DNA from: Octopus vulgaris
Taxonomy: Eukaryota
Direction of reading: 5' to 3'
Assembly (NCBI GenBank): GCA_951406725.2
Contig: OX597820.1
Location: forward strand, 79,360,001 to 79,424,000
DNA: 64,000 bases
This document shows, in pieces, positions 12,911 to 26,685 of this stretch. The notes beneath the pieces were generated by a model that saw only the letters and a program-made list of their open reading frames with translations, did no database searches and was not told the DNA's origin. Position numbers and translations under genes: made by a program. How positions within the stretch are numbered: the stretch's first letter is position 1; each line of letters opens with the position of its first letter.

Positions 12911-13365
12911 CAACTTTACTGGCCCCAGTTTTTGGTCTCCTAATTCATCATTTTACTGTCCACTTTCCCATGCTTGCATGGTGGAAATGGAAATTAGTAA
13001 GGCAAATTTTCAATGGCTGGATGCCATTCCTGTCACCAACCCTCACCTGTTTCTTTGCAAAGAATATTCCCCAAGGTCAGATAGGTTTTTGCAGAATATC
13101 AGAAATGAATGCCATTCATTTATGACATTTACATGATGTCAAGATAAGGAGACACACACAACAGGTATTTTTCAGTTTCCATCTACCAAATCCACTCATA
13201 AGGCTTTAGTTGGCCCAGGGGCTATTATAGAAGGTGCCACACAGCAAGACTGAAACCAAAACCAGAGAGCTGCACAGTAAACCAGTAAGCTTCTTAACCA
13301 TACATAACTATACCACAAAATCTCATAAACAATTTACACACACACACACACTTGATATATAAATA

Positions 13366-13580
13366 CTGATGAAGTACAGATGGCAAATTAATTTATTTGT
13401 ACACTGATACAGAAACTCGAGTCTGAGGGTAACTACAAAAATATTTTTTATTTGCATTCCCTTTGAAATTGCTTTTATTTGTAGCTTGGGCTTTGACTGC
13501 CCTTTCTAGCATGTAAGGTGTCCTGTCAAAGGTCACCTCCTTTGTGTATAAATACTTAAATTGTTTATCCACTATTATAT
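13366..13580 (+). mobile_element. Penelope-LTR-like fragment starting with a hammerhead core (homolog 23350-23490, -)
   Basis: CTGATGA (13366-72), stem II GTA-CAG..CTG-A-TAC, GAAA (13412-15), palindromic ACTCGAGT and a GUC triplet. The downstream body is repeated in reverse at 23.4 kb. Confidence 0.6.
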
Positions 13581-15344
13581 ATGTGTGTGTGTGAGTATAT
13601 ATATATATATATATATCCCATAAACTGACCTGGGCATCCAGCTGTAGAAACTTTGCCAGATCAGATTGGAGCCTGGTGCAGCCTTCTCGCTCACCAGTCC
13701 TCAGTCAAACCGTCCAACCCATGCCAGCATGGAAAGCAGACGTTAAACAATGATGATGATATAAATATCCTTTTATTCTTTTACTTGTTTCAGTCATTTG
13801 ACTGCAGCCATGCTGGAGCACTGCTTTGAAGGGTTCTAGTTGAACAAACCAACTCCAGGACTTAATTTTATAAGCCTAGTACTTATTCTACCAGTCTCTT
13901 TTGCTGAACTGTTAAGTTACAGGGACATAAACACACCAACAACGGTTGTCAAGTAGTAATGGGGGGACAAACACAGACACAATGACATGCACACAGATAT
14001 GTATATCATCATCATCCTTGTTTAATGTCCGTTTTCCATGCTGGCATGGGTTGGACAGTTTGAGTGAGGTCTGGAGAGCCAGGAGGCTGCACCAAGCTCC
14101 AATCTGATATGGCAGAGTTTGTACAGCTGGATACTCTTTCTAATGTCAACCACTCCAAGAGTGTAGTGGGTGCTTTTTACATGCCACTGGTACAGGAGCC
14201 AGTGAGGGGGTACTGGCATCGGCCATGTTCGGATGGTGCCTTTTACGCGCCACCGGTATAGAACCCAGTCATGGCGTACTGGCATCAGTCACGTTCGGAT
14301 AGCACAGGAGCCAATATATATATATATTTATATATATGTATATATACACACACACGACAGGCTTCATTCTTCAGTTTCCGTCTACCAAATCCACTCACAA
14401 AGCTTTGGTCAGCCTACGGCTATAGTGGAAGACACTTGCCCAAGGTGCCACACGGTGGGACTGAAACTAGAACCATGTGGCTGAGAAGCAAGCTTCTTAC
14501 CACACAGCCATGCCAACACACATATATATATGTCTGTGTGTGTCTGTGTGCGTATAAACAATACCTCTAAGCCAGTGTCTACTGTTTTTATCATAATAGA
14601 TGTTGAGTCAAAGTGGTTGGGAAAATGTTAACAGACTTCATTAGTTTCTGCTGCAAAATGTCAATAAGTTATTACTTTCCAGTGATTGATGCATGACATC
14701 ATCATAAGAACAGAATATTTTTGTTAATGTTTTTCTTTTCCTTCAGATATAATGCCTGAGTAGTTCCTTATCACTCCATTCTCTTTTGTTAATGCTTGAG
14801 TTGTTCCTTATCACTCCACTCTCTTTGGCACCAACAGTGTTCCTTGCTAATAACATACTCATTAATTATACAGTACGTTATGTATTTACATCAGTGAGTT
14901 GTACAAACCCTTGTCTGACATCTTTTTTTTTATAATGTTGTTCCGCTTGATTTGTGTTGTAATGAGTTCGGTATTTTGGTTTTGGTGTCTTTGCTATGTC
15001 CATTGTGCAGAGGAGAGCTTATCAAGCAATCAATGTTTCCAGTTTCTTGATTCTCTCTGGAAAGTCTTCTCACTGCACTCAGCATGCTATCTCTTATCTT
15101 CTCTCTTTTAATTGTTTTAGTTATTAGATTGTGGCCATGCTGGGGCACGGCCTTGAAGAGTTTTTTTTTCAGATTCTTTCTTCTATTCTTTTATTTGTTT
15201 CAGTCATTTGACTGTGGCCATACTGAAGCACCGTTTTTAGTCAAACAAATCAAGCCCAGGACTTATTCTTTGTAAGCCTAATACTTATTTTATCGGTCTC
15301 TTTTTCCACACTGCTAAGTTACAGAGATGGAACAGACACAAACA

Positions 15345-15380
<36 letters not shown>

Positions 15381-15589
15381 AAAACAGGCTTCTTTCAGTT
15401 TCCATCTACCAAATCCACTTACAAGGCTTTGGGCAGCCCAAGGCTATAGTAGAAGACATTTGCCCAAGGTGCCACTTAGTGGAACTGAACCCAGAATCAT
15501 GTGGGTGGGAAGTAAACTTCTTACTAAGACCATATTCATGAGTTATGGGAGACAGGAGGTTGGATTAGATGCTACAAACAGGTTGATAT

Positions 15590-16470
15590 GCTCAGCTATT
15601 ATGGAAGTGATATCACAATCAATGGGTGAAGGATTGATTGGCAGATATTTGCAGACAACATGGTGTTACTTGACTCATTAGAAAGTGATCTCCGTTGTGC
15701 AGGGAATGGTTTTGCTGCCAAGTGCTGCAATGCAGGGATGAGAATAAGTGTTGCAAAAACTGGAACACTGCTCCTCTCAAGAAAGTTTTGCTGATGCTCT
15801 CTGCATGTGAGTGGAACATCACTGCAACAAGTGCAGAAGTTTGAATATCTTGGGGCCATATTCAGAAATGATGGGAAGCAGAAGGATGAATTGGATGCTG
15901 AGTTTGCAGTGGCTGGCACAGTAATGCACCAACTCCTGTACTTGATCTTCAGAAGAGTGATTGGTAAAAAAAAAACAACCTGACTGACTACTTTGAATTC
16001 AGTTTTTGAGCCTATCTTCAGCTATGGTCATAAATGTTGGATAATGAGTGAATGAGTATGATCACAAATAGCCAAAATAGAGTTCCTTCAAATGATCTCT
16101 GCAGCAATGAGCAATGTTATTCAAGAGGATGTGTAGCTTGGAGATCAGAGAGTCTATCCAGGTTGAGCCATTACTTCTCCTCCTTGAGAAGTCACAGCTC
16201 TGGTACTACTGATATGTGATTAGAATGTCACTGGGAAAAATTGCAAGACAGATTCTTCAAGCTGAGTCCAACTGGCAAGAGAACCATAAGTAGACTAAGA
16301 ACAAAATGGTTGACTAATAGCCATCACCTCAGTTTGTTATGCTTGGGAATCCATCAGTAAAGTGTACTGACATTTGCTTCTGGTAGGACGCTATGGAGGA
16401 GGTGCCTAAGGACACTACTCCAATAACTTCCCCGGGAATACTCAGTAGATAAAATGGATGGATGATTGGA
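15590..16470 (+). mobile_element. RTE LINE (Expander/Rex3-like) 3' fragment, pseudogenised RT
   Basis: Encodes FADNMVLL..GMRISVAKT..LQQVQKFEYLGAIFRNDG..YGHKCWIMSE..VEPLLLLLEKSQL, with a (GGAT)n-like tail. Confidence 0.85.
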
Positions 16471-17589
16471 CAGATCCACTCTTACATCTTGAATTCAGTT
16501 TCATGACTGGCATTTCATTTTGTATTTGTGTTAAACACTTAATTCTATGCAATATCAGTTTACCTAATGGATAACAATGAGTATCAAACCATTTAAGAAT
16601 ATTTCCTGTAATGGTGTATCAAATAGCATGAAAATAAAGCTAAGCCAGGCTCCTTAAATCTTTTGGGTGGAGGAAGAAGTAGGAATGAAGACAGAATTTT
16701 AGTGAGAGAGATTTACAAGAAACCAAGTTGATAAGATTGTTGAATATGAGCTGTGCTTCATACCATCCCATAACTTAGCAGTTGAGTAAAAGAGAATGAT
16801 AGAATAAGTAGCAGACTTCAATATATAAACATAAGTACAGGGGTTGATTTATTCAACCCTTCAAGTAAGTACCCCAGCATGGCTGCAGGCCAAAGACTAA
16901 GATAAATAAAAGACAAAAGATTCTATCAAGTAGGCAATTTATCACTTATCAGCTAACCTTTTCTCCTATTATAATGAACCTAAGAACTGGTTCTCAGAAA
17001 TGCTATTTGAGATTTAAAAGTTTTTTGTGTCATCATCATCATCATCATTTAACGTCCATTTTCCATGCTAGCATCGTTTGGACGGTTCGACTGGGGTCTG
17101 GGAAGCCATGAGGCTGCACCAGGCTCCAGTCTGATCTGGCAGTGTTTCTACAGCTGGATGCCCTTCCTAACACCAACTACTCTGTGAGTGTAGTGGGTGC
17201 TTTTTATGTGCCACCAGCACAGGGGCCAGAATAGGCTGGCAACAGCCACATTCGGATGGTACTTTTTACGTGCCACCGGCACGGGTATAACAACTACAAA
17301 TTCCATTTGATTTTTATTTTGGTGTTGATGTACTTGACTTAATAGGTCTCCTCAAGCACAGCAGGTCGCCCTATGATCCAAGGTAAGCACAGCAGGCCGT
17401 CCTGTGAATCATGAACTCACTTCATTTGTCGAGTCTTCGCAATCACAGCATATCTCCAGATGTCTCGGTCTTTTGTCATTGCCTCTTGATATCCCAGTCC
17501 GTAGAACAAGAATTAAGAGTCATATCTCCCAATTGGGAAGTCAACCCTAAAACAGGAGTAGGAGCTACTTTTGCCTCACCCTGTATATT

Positions 17590-17770
17590 CTTTTCTACTC
17601 TAAGCACAATGCCCGAAAACTTTTGGGGGAAGGAGGCCAGTCGATTAGATTGAACTCCAGTATGCAACTGGTACTTAATTTATTGACCCCGAAAGGATGA
17701 GAGGCAAAGTCGACCTCGGCAGAATTTGAACTCAGACCGTAAAGAACAGACGAAATACAGCTAAGCACTC
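17590..17770 (-). mobile_element. SINE family C (Meta-domain-like core). Other copies about 22345-22550, 26915-27143, 28740-29060, 29765-29995, 37750-37890, 43728-43845, 60150-60335
   Basis: B-box GAGTTCAAATTC followed by gtcgactttgcct.tcatcctttcggggtc.ataaattaagtaccag, repeated across the window. Confidence 0.75.
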
Positions 17771-18109
17771 TGTGTATTATGATACTAACTCGGTGGAAAT
17801 CACATGGATTCAGGGTAGAAATTTGTTCTGTAAGATGGTTCTAATTCTTTCAATTGAGAAAAGCATGAATGTCACAATTTCACATACCTTCTTTCTCTTT
17901 TCTAAGAAACCAGGTTTTTAAGGTAAAAATAATTAAGTATTCTTGAAAACTTTATTCTTTTTTAACCTTTTATCACTCACCTTATCTGATTTCAATAATT
18001 AGCTGATCCAGTTACTAATAAAGTGGTATTTATTTAAATTTTCTGTTTAACAATGGAGTTCATAGAAGTAGTGACTATATATGTTTGTGTGTGTATGTAT
18101 AAATATATA

Positions 18110-18509
18110 GAAGCGGCTGTGTGGTAAGTAGCTTGCTTACCAACCACATAGTTCCAGGTTCGGTACCACTGCGTGGCACCTTGGGCTGGTGTCTTCTACT
18201 ATAGCCTCGGGGCAACCAAAGCCTTGTGAGTGGATTTGGTAGAAACTGAAAGAAGCCCATCATGTATGTATGTATGTATGTGTGTGTATATGTTTGTGTT
18301 TGTGTTTCTGTGCTTGTTCCCCCAACATCGCTTGACAACTGATGCTGGTGTGTTTACGGCCCCATGACTTAGCAGTTCAGCAAAAAAGACTGATAGAATA
18401 AGTACTAGGCTTACAAAGAATAAGTCCTAGGGTCAATTTGCTCGACTAAAGGTGGTGCTCCAGCATGGCCTCAGTCAAATGACTGAAACAAGTAAAAGAA
18501 AGAAAAGAA
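18110..18509 (+). mobile_element. Full-length tRNA-headed SINE family A (CORE-like segment, internal microsatellite)
   Basis: Head GGCTGTGTGGTAAG..GGTTCGGTACC, CORE-like ggcaccttgggc..gtgtctt, tail ggtgctccagcatggcc..gactgaaacaagtaaaaga. More than 15 full or partial copies occur in the window. Confidence 0.85.
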
Positions 18510-20010
18510 TATATATACACACACACACGTATACATACATACATACATATACACACATGTACATACATATACATAACACATACATACACACACACATACA
18601 TACACACACACACACACACACATATAAATACACACATATACAGGCATACACTCACATATATATACATACTTGTGTGTGTGTGTGTTCCTTCCATAACAAG
18701 GCTTTGTAAATATTTAAATTTGTTTCAGTTCTACTAATTTATGCTGTATTGTGCATTAAATAGATATTATTCAATTAATGACAAGCCCTCCAAAAGAAGA
18801 AATACTGCAAATTAGAATCACCATCATGGTGCTAGAATAATTTATAACGGTGCTGTTGATTGAGGTTGGTTTCTTTTGTCTTGTAACAAAATCCCCTTTT
18901 TGGTCGTTCAAAGGAGATGACTTACAATGAACAAATACTACATAATCAATTTGGAAACCTGAAATCTCTCTCATTCTCTCACTCACTCTCTCTCTTTTTA
19001 CACACACACACACACATACACAAACACATAGACCGATACATACACACACACACATTTCTTTCCAGGCACAGTCATATGTGCAAACAGTCAAACATTAATA
19101 GAAGAATCACTCAAACACATTAAGTAGGCTGTCAGATGAAAGCATCTGAACAAACTTCAAAGTCACTGTCAAACTTTTCCTTGTAAATTTACACACACAC
19201 ACACACACAGACACATTTCACTTATGTATAGCAAGACTAATAACCTGGTGTAGAACTCAATATATGTGTAGTCCTGAACACAATGTTATATGAGTATAGA
19301 GTGATAACAGGAAACAAAGTGATGACACCGGAACAAAGAAAGACTATGTTAAGTTTCTTATTTCTTTATTGAACTTATGATCTGGTGATCATAAACGTAG
19401 CACTCTCACCACCAGGCCATGTGCCTTCACGAAGAGTGTGATTTGAAGGAATTTCAGCAGTCATGTCAAAGCTCCATTGCTGGAGCATATGAAGATGCAG
19501 TAGATGTCATTTTGAAGAATGCAAGGAAATGGTAAGCCAAGTCTGTAACCTAGATTTAATAACCAATTGAAAATATTTCACTTCCCTTGTGTTGTTAATG
19601 ATCTTAGTAAAAAAAAAAAAAAACACTCATCTTAAACTTGACGCCAACTTTGCAAAAGAAACAGGAAAACCATTCCAAAGCATCCTCTCCAATTACATTA
19701 TTTGGTGCCATGGTAAACTATTTCAAGCAACAGATTAGTGATGCCAAATGCCAAACGCAACTTCATCAAATTCCATATTGTAGCTGTTGTTTAGTCCCAA
19801 GTTAGCCAAGGTTGAGCAAGCTTATGACTAAAGCCATTCCTGATATGACCATCCCAAGTTACTTTCAAACAGTGGGACTATATACACACATATGCATACA
19901 TATACACACATATGTACATACACATACATAGACATCTACACACATATAAATACACACATACATGTTTGTCCATCAGAGTGAAAGGACCATCTTGTTATGC
20001 AAAAGATGAT

Positions 20011-20824
20011 TGGTAACTTGTGTAGTAGCATGTGTGGTAGAATGTATGGTAGCTTGTGTGGTAGCATGTGTGGTAGCTTGTGTACTAACTGTGTGGTAAC
20101 TTGTGTGGTAGTATGTGTGGTAACTTGTGTGATACCTGTGTGGTAGTATGTGTGGTAGCTTGTGTAGTAGCTTGTGTGGTAACGTATGTGGTAACCTGTG
20201 AGATAAATTGTGTGGTAGCATGTGTGGTAGCTTGTGTGGTAGCTTGTATGGTAGCTTGTGTGGTAGCATATGTGGTAACTTGTATGGTAGCTTGTGTGGT
20301 AGCATGTGTGGTACTTTGTGTGGTAGATTGTGTGGTAGCTTGTGTGGTAGCTTGTGTGGTAGCTTGTGTGGTAGCATGTGTGGTAACTTGTGTGGTAACC
20401 AGTGTGGTAACCTGTATGGTAACTTGTGTGATAGCATGTGTGGTAGCTTGTGTGGTAACTTGTGTGGTAGCTTGTATGGTAGCTTGTGTAGTAGCATATG
20501 TGGTAACTTGTGTGGTAGCTTGTGTGGTAGCTTGTGTGGTAGCTTGTATGGTAGCTTGTACGGTAGCTTGTGTAGTAGCATATGTGGTAACTTGTGTGGT
20601 AGCATGTGGGGTAACTTGTATGGTAGCTTGTATGGTAGCATGTGTGGTAACATGTGTGGTAGCATGTGTGATAACCTGTGTGGTAACTTGTGTGGTAGCA
20701 TGTGTGGTAGCTTGTGTGGTAACCTGTGTGGTAACTTGTGTGATAGCATGTATGGTAGCATGTGTGGTAGCTTTTGTGGTAACTTATGTGGTAGTATGTG
20801 TGGTAACTTGTGTGGTAGCATATG
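20011..20824. repeat. 12-bp minisatellite (TGTGTGGTAGCT with AGCA/AACT variants), about 68 units
   Basis: Seen directly. It generates the 299-aa HKLP, 277-aa VVAC and 214-aa CGSL ORFs. Confidence 0.95.
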
Positions 20825-21682
20825 TTGCTGTGGTTGCCTTCCCTTCTGTTGAAGCATCACGGTTCCTACCACAGAGTCAGACAGTTTTCACATACATTGG
20901 TAGGCAATTCCAGGACATGCTAGTTAACCAGTAGCTGGGACTTTGACAGATGCTACAACTCCTGGCAGAAGAGACCTGGAAACAACAGTGGCAAAGAGGG
21001 TGGGTCCATAATCCTCAGAAACCCAGAAACTCATGAACCAGGGTCCCACTACTGGATGCAGTTTAAGGCCATGCTCAAGACACACAAACACATACGTATA
21101 CATACACACACAAACTGGTGCCATGTAAAAAGTACCCATTCTACTCTGTAAAGTAGTTGGCATTAGCAAGGGCATCCAGCCATAGAAACCATGCCAAAGC
21201 TGACATTGGAATTTGGTGCGGTCCCTGGCTTCACCAGCTGCTGTCAAACCGTCCAACCCATGCCAGCATGGAAAACAGACACCAAAAGATGATGATGATA
21301 TATACACTCCCATATATTTTCTTACTTCCTTTCATTGTCACATGTGTCCACTGATTGTAAACCACGACAGTATCTTTTATTTGCACTATACCAAAAAACC
21401 GTATCCAGGTTTCTAAGCATGTTCGGACATGTTGCATGATTTTTGTCAACCAAATGACTTCCAAAAAGTGTTGTTTGTTTCTAGATTTCCATGTAAACAT
21501 GATTGAGCTGTTTTAATTCAATTGACTGAGAGATTAATAAGTCGGGTGGAAGCAAGTGGTGGTGGTGGTGGTGGTATTGCGTGGGGTAACACAGAAAGAC
21601 TAACAAGCTGTAAAAACTAACTCTGCTGCCACATACTCTCGTCTGACCCATGCAAGCATGAGAAAGTAGACGCTGAAACAAC

Positions 21683-21912
21683 GATGAGGAAGATGATGAA
21701 AAGGAGGATCAAGAGGAAGAAGATGACAGAGATGATGAAGAAGGAGGAGGAGGAGATGATGATGATGATGATTACAATGATGAAAAAGGAGGGGAGGGGG
21801 GAGAAGATGACAAAGATGATGAAGAAGAAGAAGAAGAAGAAGAAGAAGAAGAAGAAGAAGATAATGAAGAAGATAATGAAGAAGATAATGAAGAAGATGA
21901 TGAAGATAATGA
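21683..21912. repeat. (GAT)/(GAA)/(GAG) trinucleotide expansion of an RTE tail
   Basis: Directly follows cccatgcaagcatgagaaagtagacg. Confidence 0.8.
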
Positions 21913-22717
21913 CTTTGTGGGGCTGCAGATATTGTTTATTGGTTTTGCTGATGATAGATTTCATTAGATGAAGATTCATTCACAACAAAAAGAACTTGTT
22001 TCGTCTTCTGGCTTCACACTGAAGCATAAGCAAATGGGACGTTTCCCATGCTGGTAGCATTTCATCTTCTTTAGGTAATTCATTGAAGGATCTTCCTTAA
22101 CCTTTCTGTAGAATTAGTAGAAGTCTTGATTCATTTCAAAAGTCTGCTAAAATTTCTCTGAATGGTTTCAATGACCTGCTACAGAAGACCCTGGTTTCAT
22201 GTCGTACCATGGGATATACAGTAATATTTTGTGTTAATCGCATCAGTGTTTGGTGTATTGTCAGCTAATGGCACTGTTAATGTTTACAATCAGCAAACAC
22301 ACCTTACAGTGAACGGAAATAAGAACACCCCTCAATTATTCTTTTCTACTCTAGGCACAAGGCCCGAAATTTTGGGGGAGTGGGGACCAGTCGATTAGAT
22401 TGACTCCAGTATGCAACTGGTACTTAACTTATCAACTCTGAAAGGATGAAAGCAAAGTTGACCTCAGTGGGATTTGAACTCAGAATGTAAAGACAGATGA
22501 AATACTGCTAAGCATTTCACCCAATGTGCTAACGATTCTGCCAGTTTGCTACTTTACACTTCTTAATTATTTATATGATCTTATATAAAGTATTACTGGC
22601 AACAGTTTCCAGGGATAATATTAATTACACAAAAAATTGATTATTTTCCCTGTAATAGTGTGAATGAATTCAACAACACGGTATGTGTGAATATATATAT
22701 ATTTGTGTGTGTGTGGA

Positions 22718-23050
22718 AGGCACATGGCTCAGTGGTTAGAACGTCAAACTTACAACCGTGAGGTTGTGAGTTCAAATCCCGGACTGGGCTGCGTGTTGTG
22801 CTTTTGAGCAAGACACTTTATTTTACGTTGCTCCAGTTCACTCAGCTATAGAAATGAGTTGCGACATCACTGGTACCAAGCTGTATCGGCCTTTATTTTC
22901 CCCTTGGATAACATCAGTGATGTGGAGAGGGGAGGCTGGTATGCATGGGCGGCTGCTGGTCTTCAATAAACAACCTTGCCCGGACTTGTGCCTCGGAGGG
23001 TAACTTTCTAGGTGCAATCTCATGGTCATTCATGACCGAAGGGGGTCTCC
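22718..23050 (+). mobile_element. tRNA-headed SINE
   Basis: A-box TGGCTCAGTGG, B-box GAGTTCAAATCC, then gtgttgtgcttttgagcaagacacttt..ccagttcactcagct. Confidence 0.8.
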
Positions 23051-23521
23051 AGTATATATATATATCGTCATCATCATATATATCGTCGTCATCATCATCA
23101 TTTACTGTCCTCTTTCCATGCTGGCATGGGTTGGATGGTTTGACTGAAAACTCGTAAGCCACAGAGCTGCACCAGGTTCCAATCTGACTTGGCATGGTTT
23201 CTACAGCTGGATGCCCTTCCTAAAGCCAACCACTCTGAGCGTGTAGTGGCTGCTTTTCACGTGCCACTGGCATGGGTGCTATTGACCTGATTGGCCTTGA
23301 CTATGGTCTCACTTGGCTTCACAAGGTCAACGAAAGCACAGTATATTGCTAAGCATCTAAAATTAGTGTACATTTAAATACAAAAAGAGGTGACCCTTAA
23401 CAGACCACCTTACATGCTAGAAGGAGCAGTCAAACGTCCAAAACCACAGTTAAGAGAAATTTCAAAGGGAATGAAAAATAAAAACTTTTACCATGTTTTA
23501 CAGCCAGACCTGTATATATAC

Positions 23522-23567
<46 letters not shown>

Positions 23568-23571
<4 letters not shown>

Positions 23572-25506
23572 ACATATAAGAGATGCAGTGGATTCACAGG
23601 TAGATGAACAGATAAAGACATCATTGTATGTGGCAGATGTGCAGGAACAATAAGCACTAAGAGCACACAGGACTTAGATTTTCTCAAATACTCAGGAGGC
23701 TCTCTTGAGGTTGTAGATGGTTTCTGTTACCTAGGTGACCACATAAGCAATGGTGGCAGATGCTCTGAAAGTATTGTTTCTAGAATAAGTATTGAGTGGA
23801 GGAAGTTCAGAGAGCTATTACTTCTGTTGGCAACAAAAAGACTCTCTCTCAGAGTGAAAGGTAGACTGTATGATGCTTGTGGGCAAACAGCTATACTCCA
23901 TGGTAGTGAGATATGAGCTCTGAATGTAGAAGACATGCGTAAACTGGAGAGAAATGAAAGTAGTATGCTCCACTGGATGTGCAACATCAGTGCGCATGTA
24001 TGACAAAGTGCAAATGTATTGAGAGTAAAGTTGGGCATAAGAGAAATCAAATGTAGCATACAAGAGAGAAGACTACGTTGGTTTGGATATGTGATTTGTA
24101 TGAATGAAGACAGCAGCATAAAATGGGGCTAATCACTGAAAGTGGATGGTACTTGCAGAAGAGGGAGACCCAGGAAGATATGATCTCAGGATGTTGGGCC
24201 TCACAGAGGGAATGACAATGGACTGAGATGTCTGGCAATATGAAGTTCTTGAGAAGACCTGCTCACATCAGCAAAATGGAGTTCTAGAAGTGCTGTCTGC
24301 CCAAACCACACTTAATAAGAAAACTCCCTGATCCTGTCCTCTTGGCTCTGTCCCACTGTATCATTGCTCCCCGCTATCCCCTAACCTATGTGTCCCACCC
24401 ACATGCCCGGTCTCACTGTATTATTGCTATCTGCTAGCCTCAAATCTGAGTGTTCCATCCACATGCCCTGTCTCACTGTATTATTTCTATCTGCTAGCCC
24501 CCGACCTATGTGTTCCACCCACATGTAACAAGAAAACTTTTCCCTCACCCTACCTCAGCAAACCAATCTACATCTCCACATCTATTCTCTTTCTCACATT
24601 TCCTCCTTCATACACTATGCTTAGCTCTCATTCCCCAATCCTGTCCTCATGGCCCTGTTCCTCTGTATCATTGCTATCTGGTAGCTCCCTGACTCTATAT
24701 ATACTCAGGTTTTCACCACTCACTTCCCCCATCTGCACTCTTCTATCACACTTCCTTCGCAATATTCTGCCACTTATATTATGGCGTTTGAACCTCAAGG
24801 GTGTGCCCTGGCACTTTCCACCATCTATATCTCTCTCTTCCTTTTCTCAACCATCCCATTTATATTCTGATCCCCATTCCTTGTGAGTATGCCTGGCACT
24901 TTACCACCATCTCTATCCTGTTGTCTCCCACTCTTTCCTTCTCCTTCACTTCTTTCAGGTTGAATAACCATGAATTTCCTTTGCAGTAGTGCACCTGCTT
25001 CTGTCTTTATTCCTGATCAATATCTCTCTCTCTGACCGGTTAATCTTGTACTTCCTCTACAGCAAGCCACCTGTTTCTGTCTCTCTGCCTCCCTATAACC
25101 TTTCATCATCCAACACAAGATCACCTCCTCCAATGCCCCCTCCCCTCTTGAAAGTTCTTTTTTTTTTGCCTTGCAAGTACTTAGTGAGCCTGTCAGTGCA
25201 GGTGCCATTCAAAAGCACCCAGTCCACACTGTAAAATAGTTGGCATTTGGAAGGGCATCCAGCGGTAAAAACCTTACCAAAACTGACCTCGCCTGTGCTT
25301 GTGCTCTGTAAAAAGCACTAAGTCCACTCTGCTGAGAGGTTGCTGTAAAAATCCTGCCAAAACAGTCACAGAAGTCTGGTGCAGGCTTCTGGCTGGCCGG
25401 CTCTTGTCAAACCATCTCACCCATGCAAGCAAGGAAGGTGAATGTTAAATGCTGGTGGTGGCGGCGGCGGCGGCAGCGCCAGTGGTGGCGGTGATGATGG
25501 TGATGG

Positions 25507-25537
<31 letters not shown>
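23568..25537 (+). mobile_element. 5'-truncated RTE LINE with long 3'UTR
   Basis: Encodes H.RCSG..VCGRC..LEVVDGFCYLGD..LSLRVKGRLYDAC..LHGSE..ERRLRWFGYV..RRGRPRK with stops. The 3'UTR has 60-bp tandem repeats (about 24345-24525) and ends in the abundant RTE tail plus (GAT)n. Confidence 0.9.
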
Positions 25538-25538
<1 letters not shown>

Positions 25539-26065
25539 TGTATATATACATACACACACATGTATATGTATATATATTTACTTTTGATGAACAAAATTTC
25601 AGCTCATGTGACAGTTGGTAAGCATAAAAGAAAACAAGAAGATTCTCCATGAGGCAAATTGAAATTTAGAAAGCCATCAAACTATCACTGCAGAAATCTT
25701 TGAAGCATGAAATAAACACATTTTTATTACTTTTTCAAATGCAAAACAACAACAACAGGAGCAGCAGCAACAACAACAATTAACTAAGGTGATGCAGTAA
25801 TTGTGATATAACAAAAAAAAACAAAAACAAAAAATAATAATTTAATGGTTTGAAATTTCAGTACAAGGCCAGTAATTTCAGGAGAGTGTGTAAAGTCAAT
25901 TACATTGACCCCAGAGTTCATCATCATCAACTCACCGAAATATTGAATACAAGGTAAATCTACATTAATTCACATATTTGTTTTCTTGTGATTTACCTTG
26001 CATTGTTTTGGCCTTTTATACAATATATATGTGTGTGTGTGTGTGTGTATACATATATATGTATA

Positions 26066-26114
<49 letters not shown>

Positions 26115-26170
26115 ATATGCATATATATACATATGTATGTATATATATATGTATGTATGCATGTATGTAT

Positions 26171-26217
<47 letters not shown>

Positions 26218-26244
26218 TATATGTATACAAATATATATATATTT

Positions 26245-26619
26245 TTTTACTTGTTTCAGTCATTTGACTGCGGCCATGCTGGAGCACTGCCTTTAGTCGA
26301 GCAAATCAACCCCAGGACTTATTCTTTGTAAGCCTCGTACATATTCTATCAGTCTCTTTTGCCGAACCGCTAAGTTACGGGGACGCAAACACACCAGCAT
26401 CGGTTGTCAAGCGACACACAAACACACACACATATATATACACATATACATATATACGACGGGCTTCTTTCAGTTTCTGTCTACCAAATCCACTCACAAG
26501 GCTTTGGTCAGCCCGAGGTTATAGAAGAAGACACTTGCCCAAGGTGCCACGCAGTGGGACTGAACCCTGAACCATGTGGTTGGTAAGCAAGCTACTTACC
26601 ACACAGCCACTCCTGCGCC
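26245..26619 (-). mobile_element. Full-length SINE family A, low divergence
   Basis: Reverse complement of the 18110-18509 structure, with CpGs retained. Confidence 0.85.
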
Positions 26620-26650
26620 TATATTAGGTATTTATATATAGAGAGAGACA

Positions 26651-26685
<35 letters not shown>

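Noticed and set aside
14750-14828. Tandem duplication of about 39 bp after an acceptor-like site
   Set aside because: Simple two-copy duplication with no supportable exon.
18926-18958. 33-nt minus-strand micro-exon (TTCAG|..|GTAAGT, FQIDYVVFVH)
   Set aside because: Purine-rich acceptor context and no partner exons or homology.
19973-20934. 299/277/214-aa ORFs as genes, or the array as a CRISPR
   Set aside because: It is a pure 12-bp tandem repeat with no unique spacers and no cas genes, in a eukaryotic context.
22718-22795. tRNA genes (also 3910, 18110, 26619, 51667)
   Set aside because: They have A and B boxes but no complete cloverleaf, and each runs into a SINE body.
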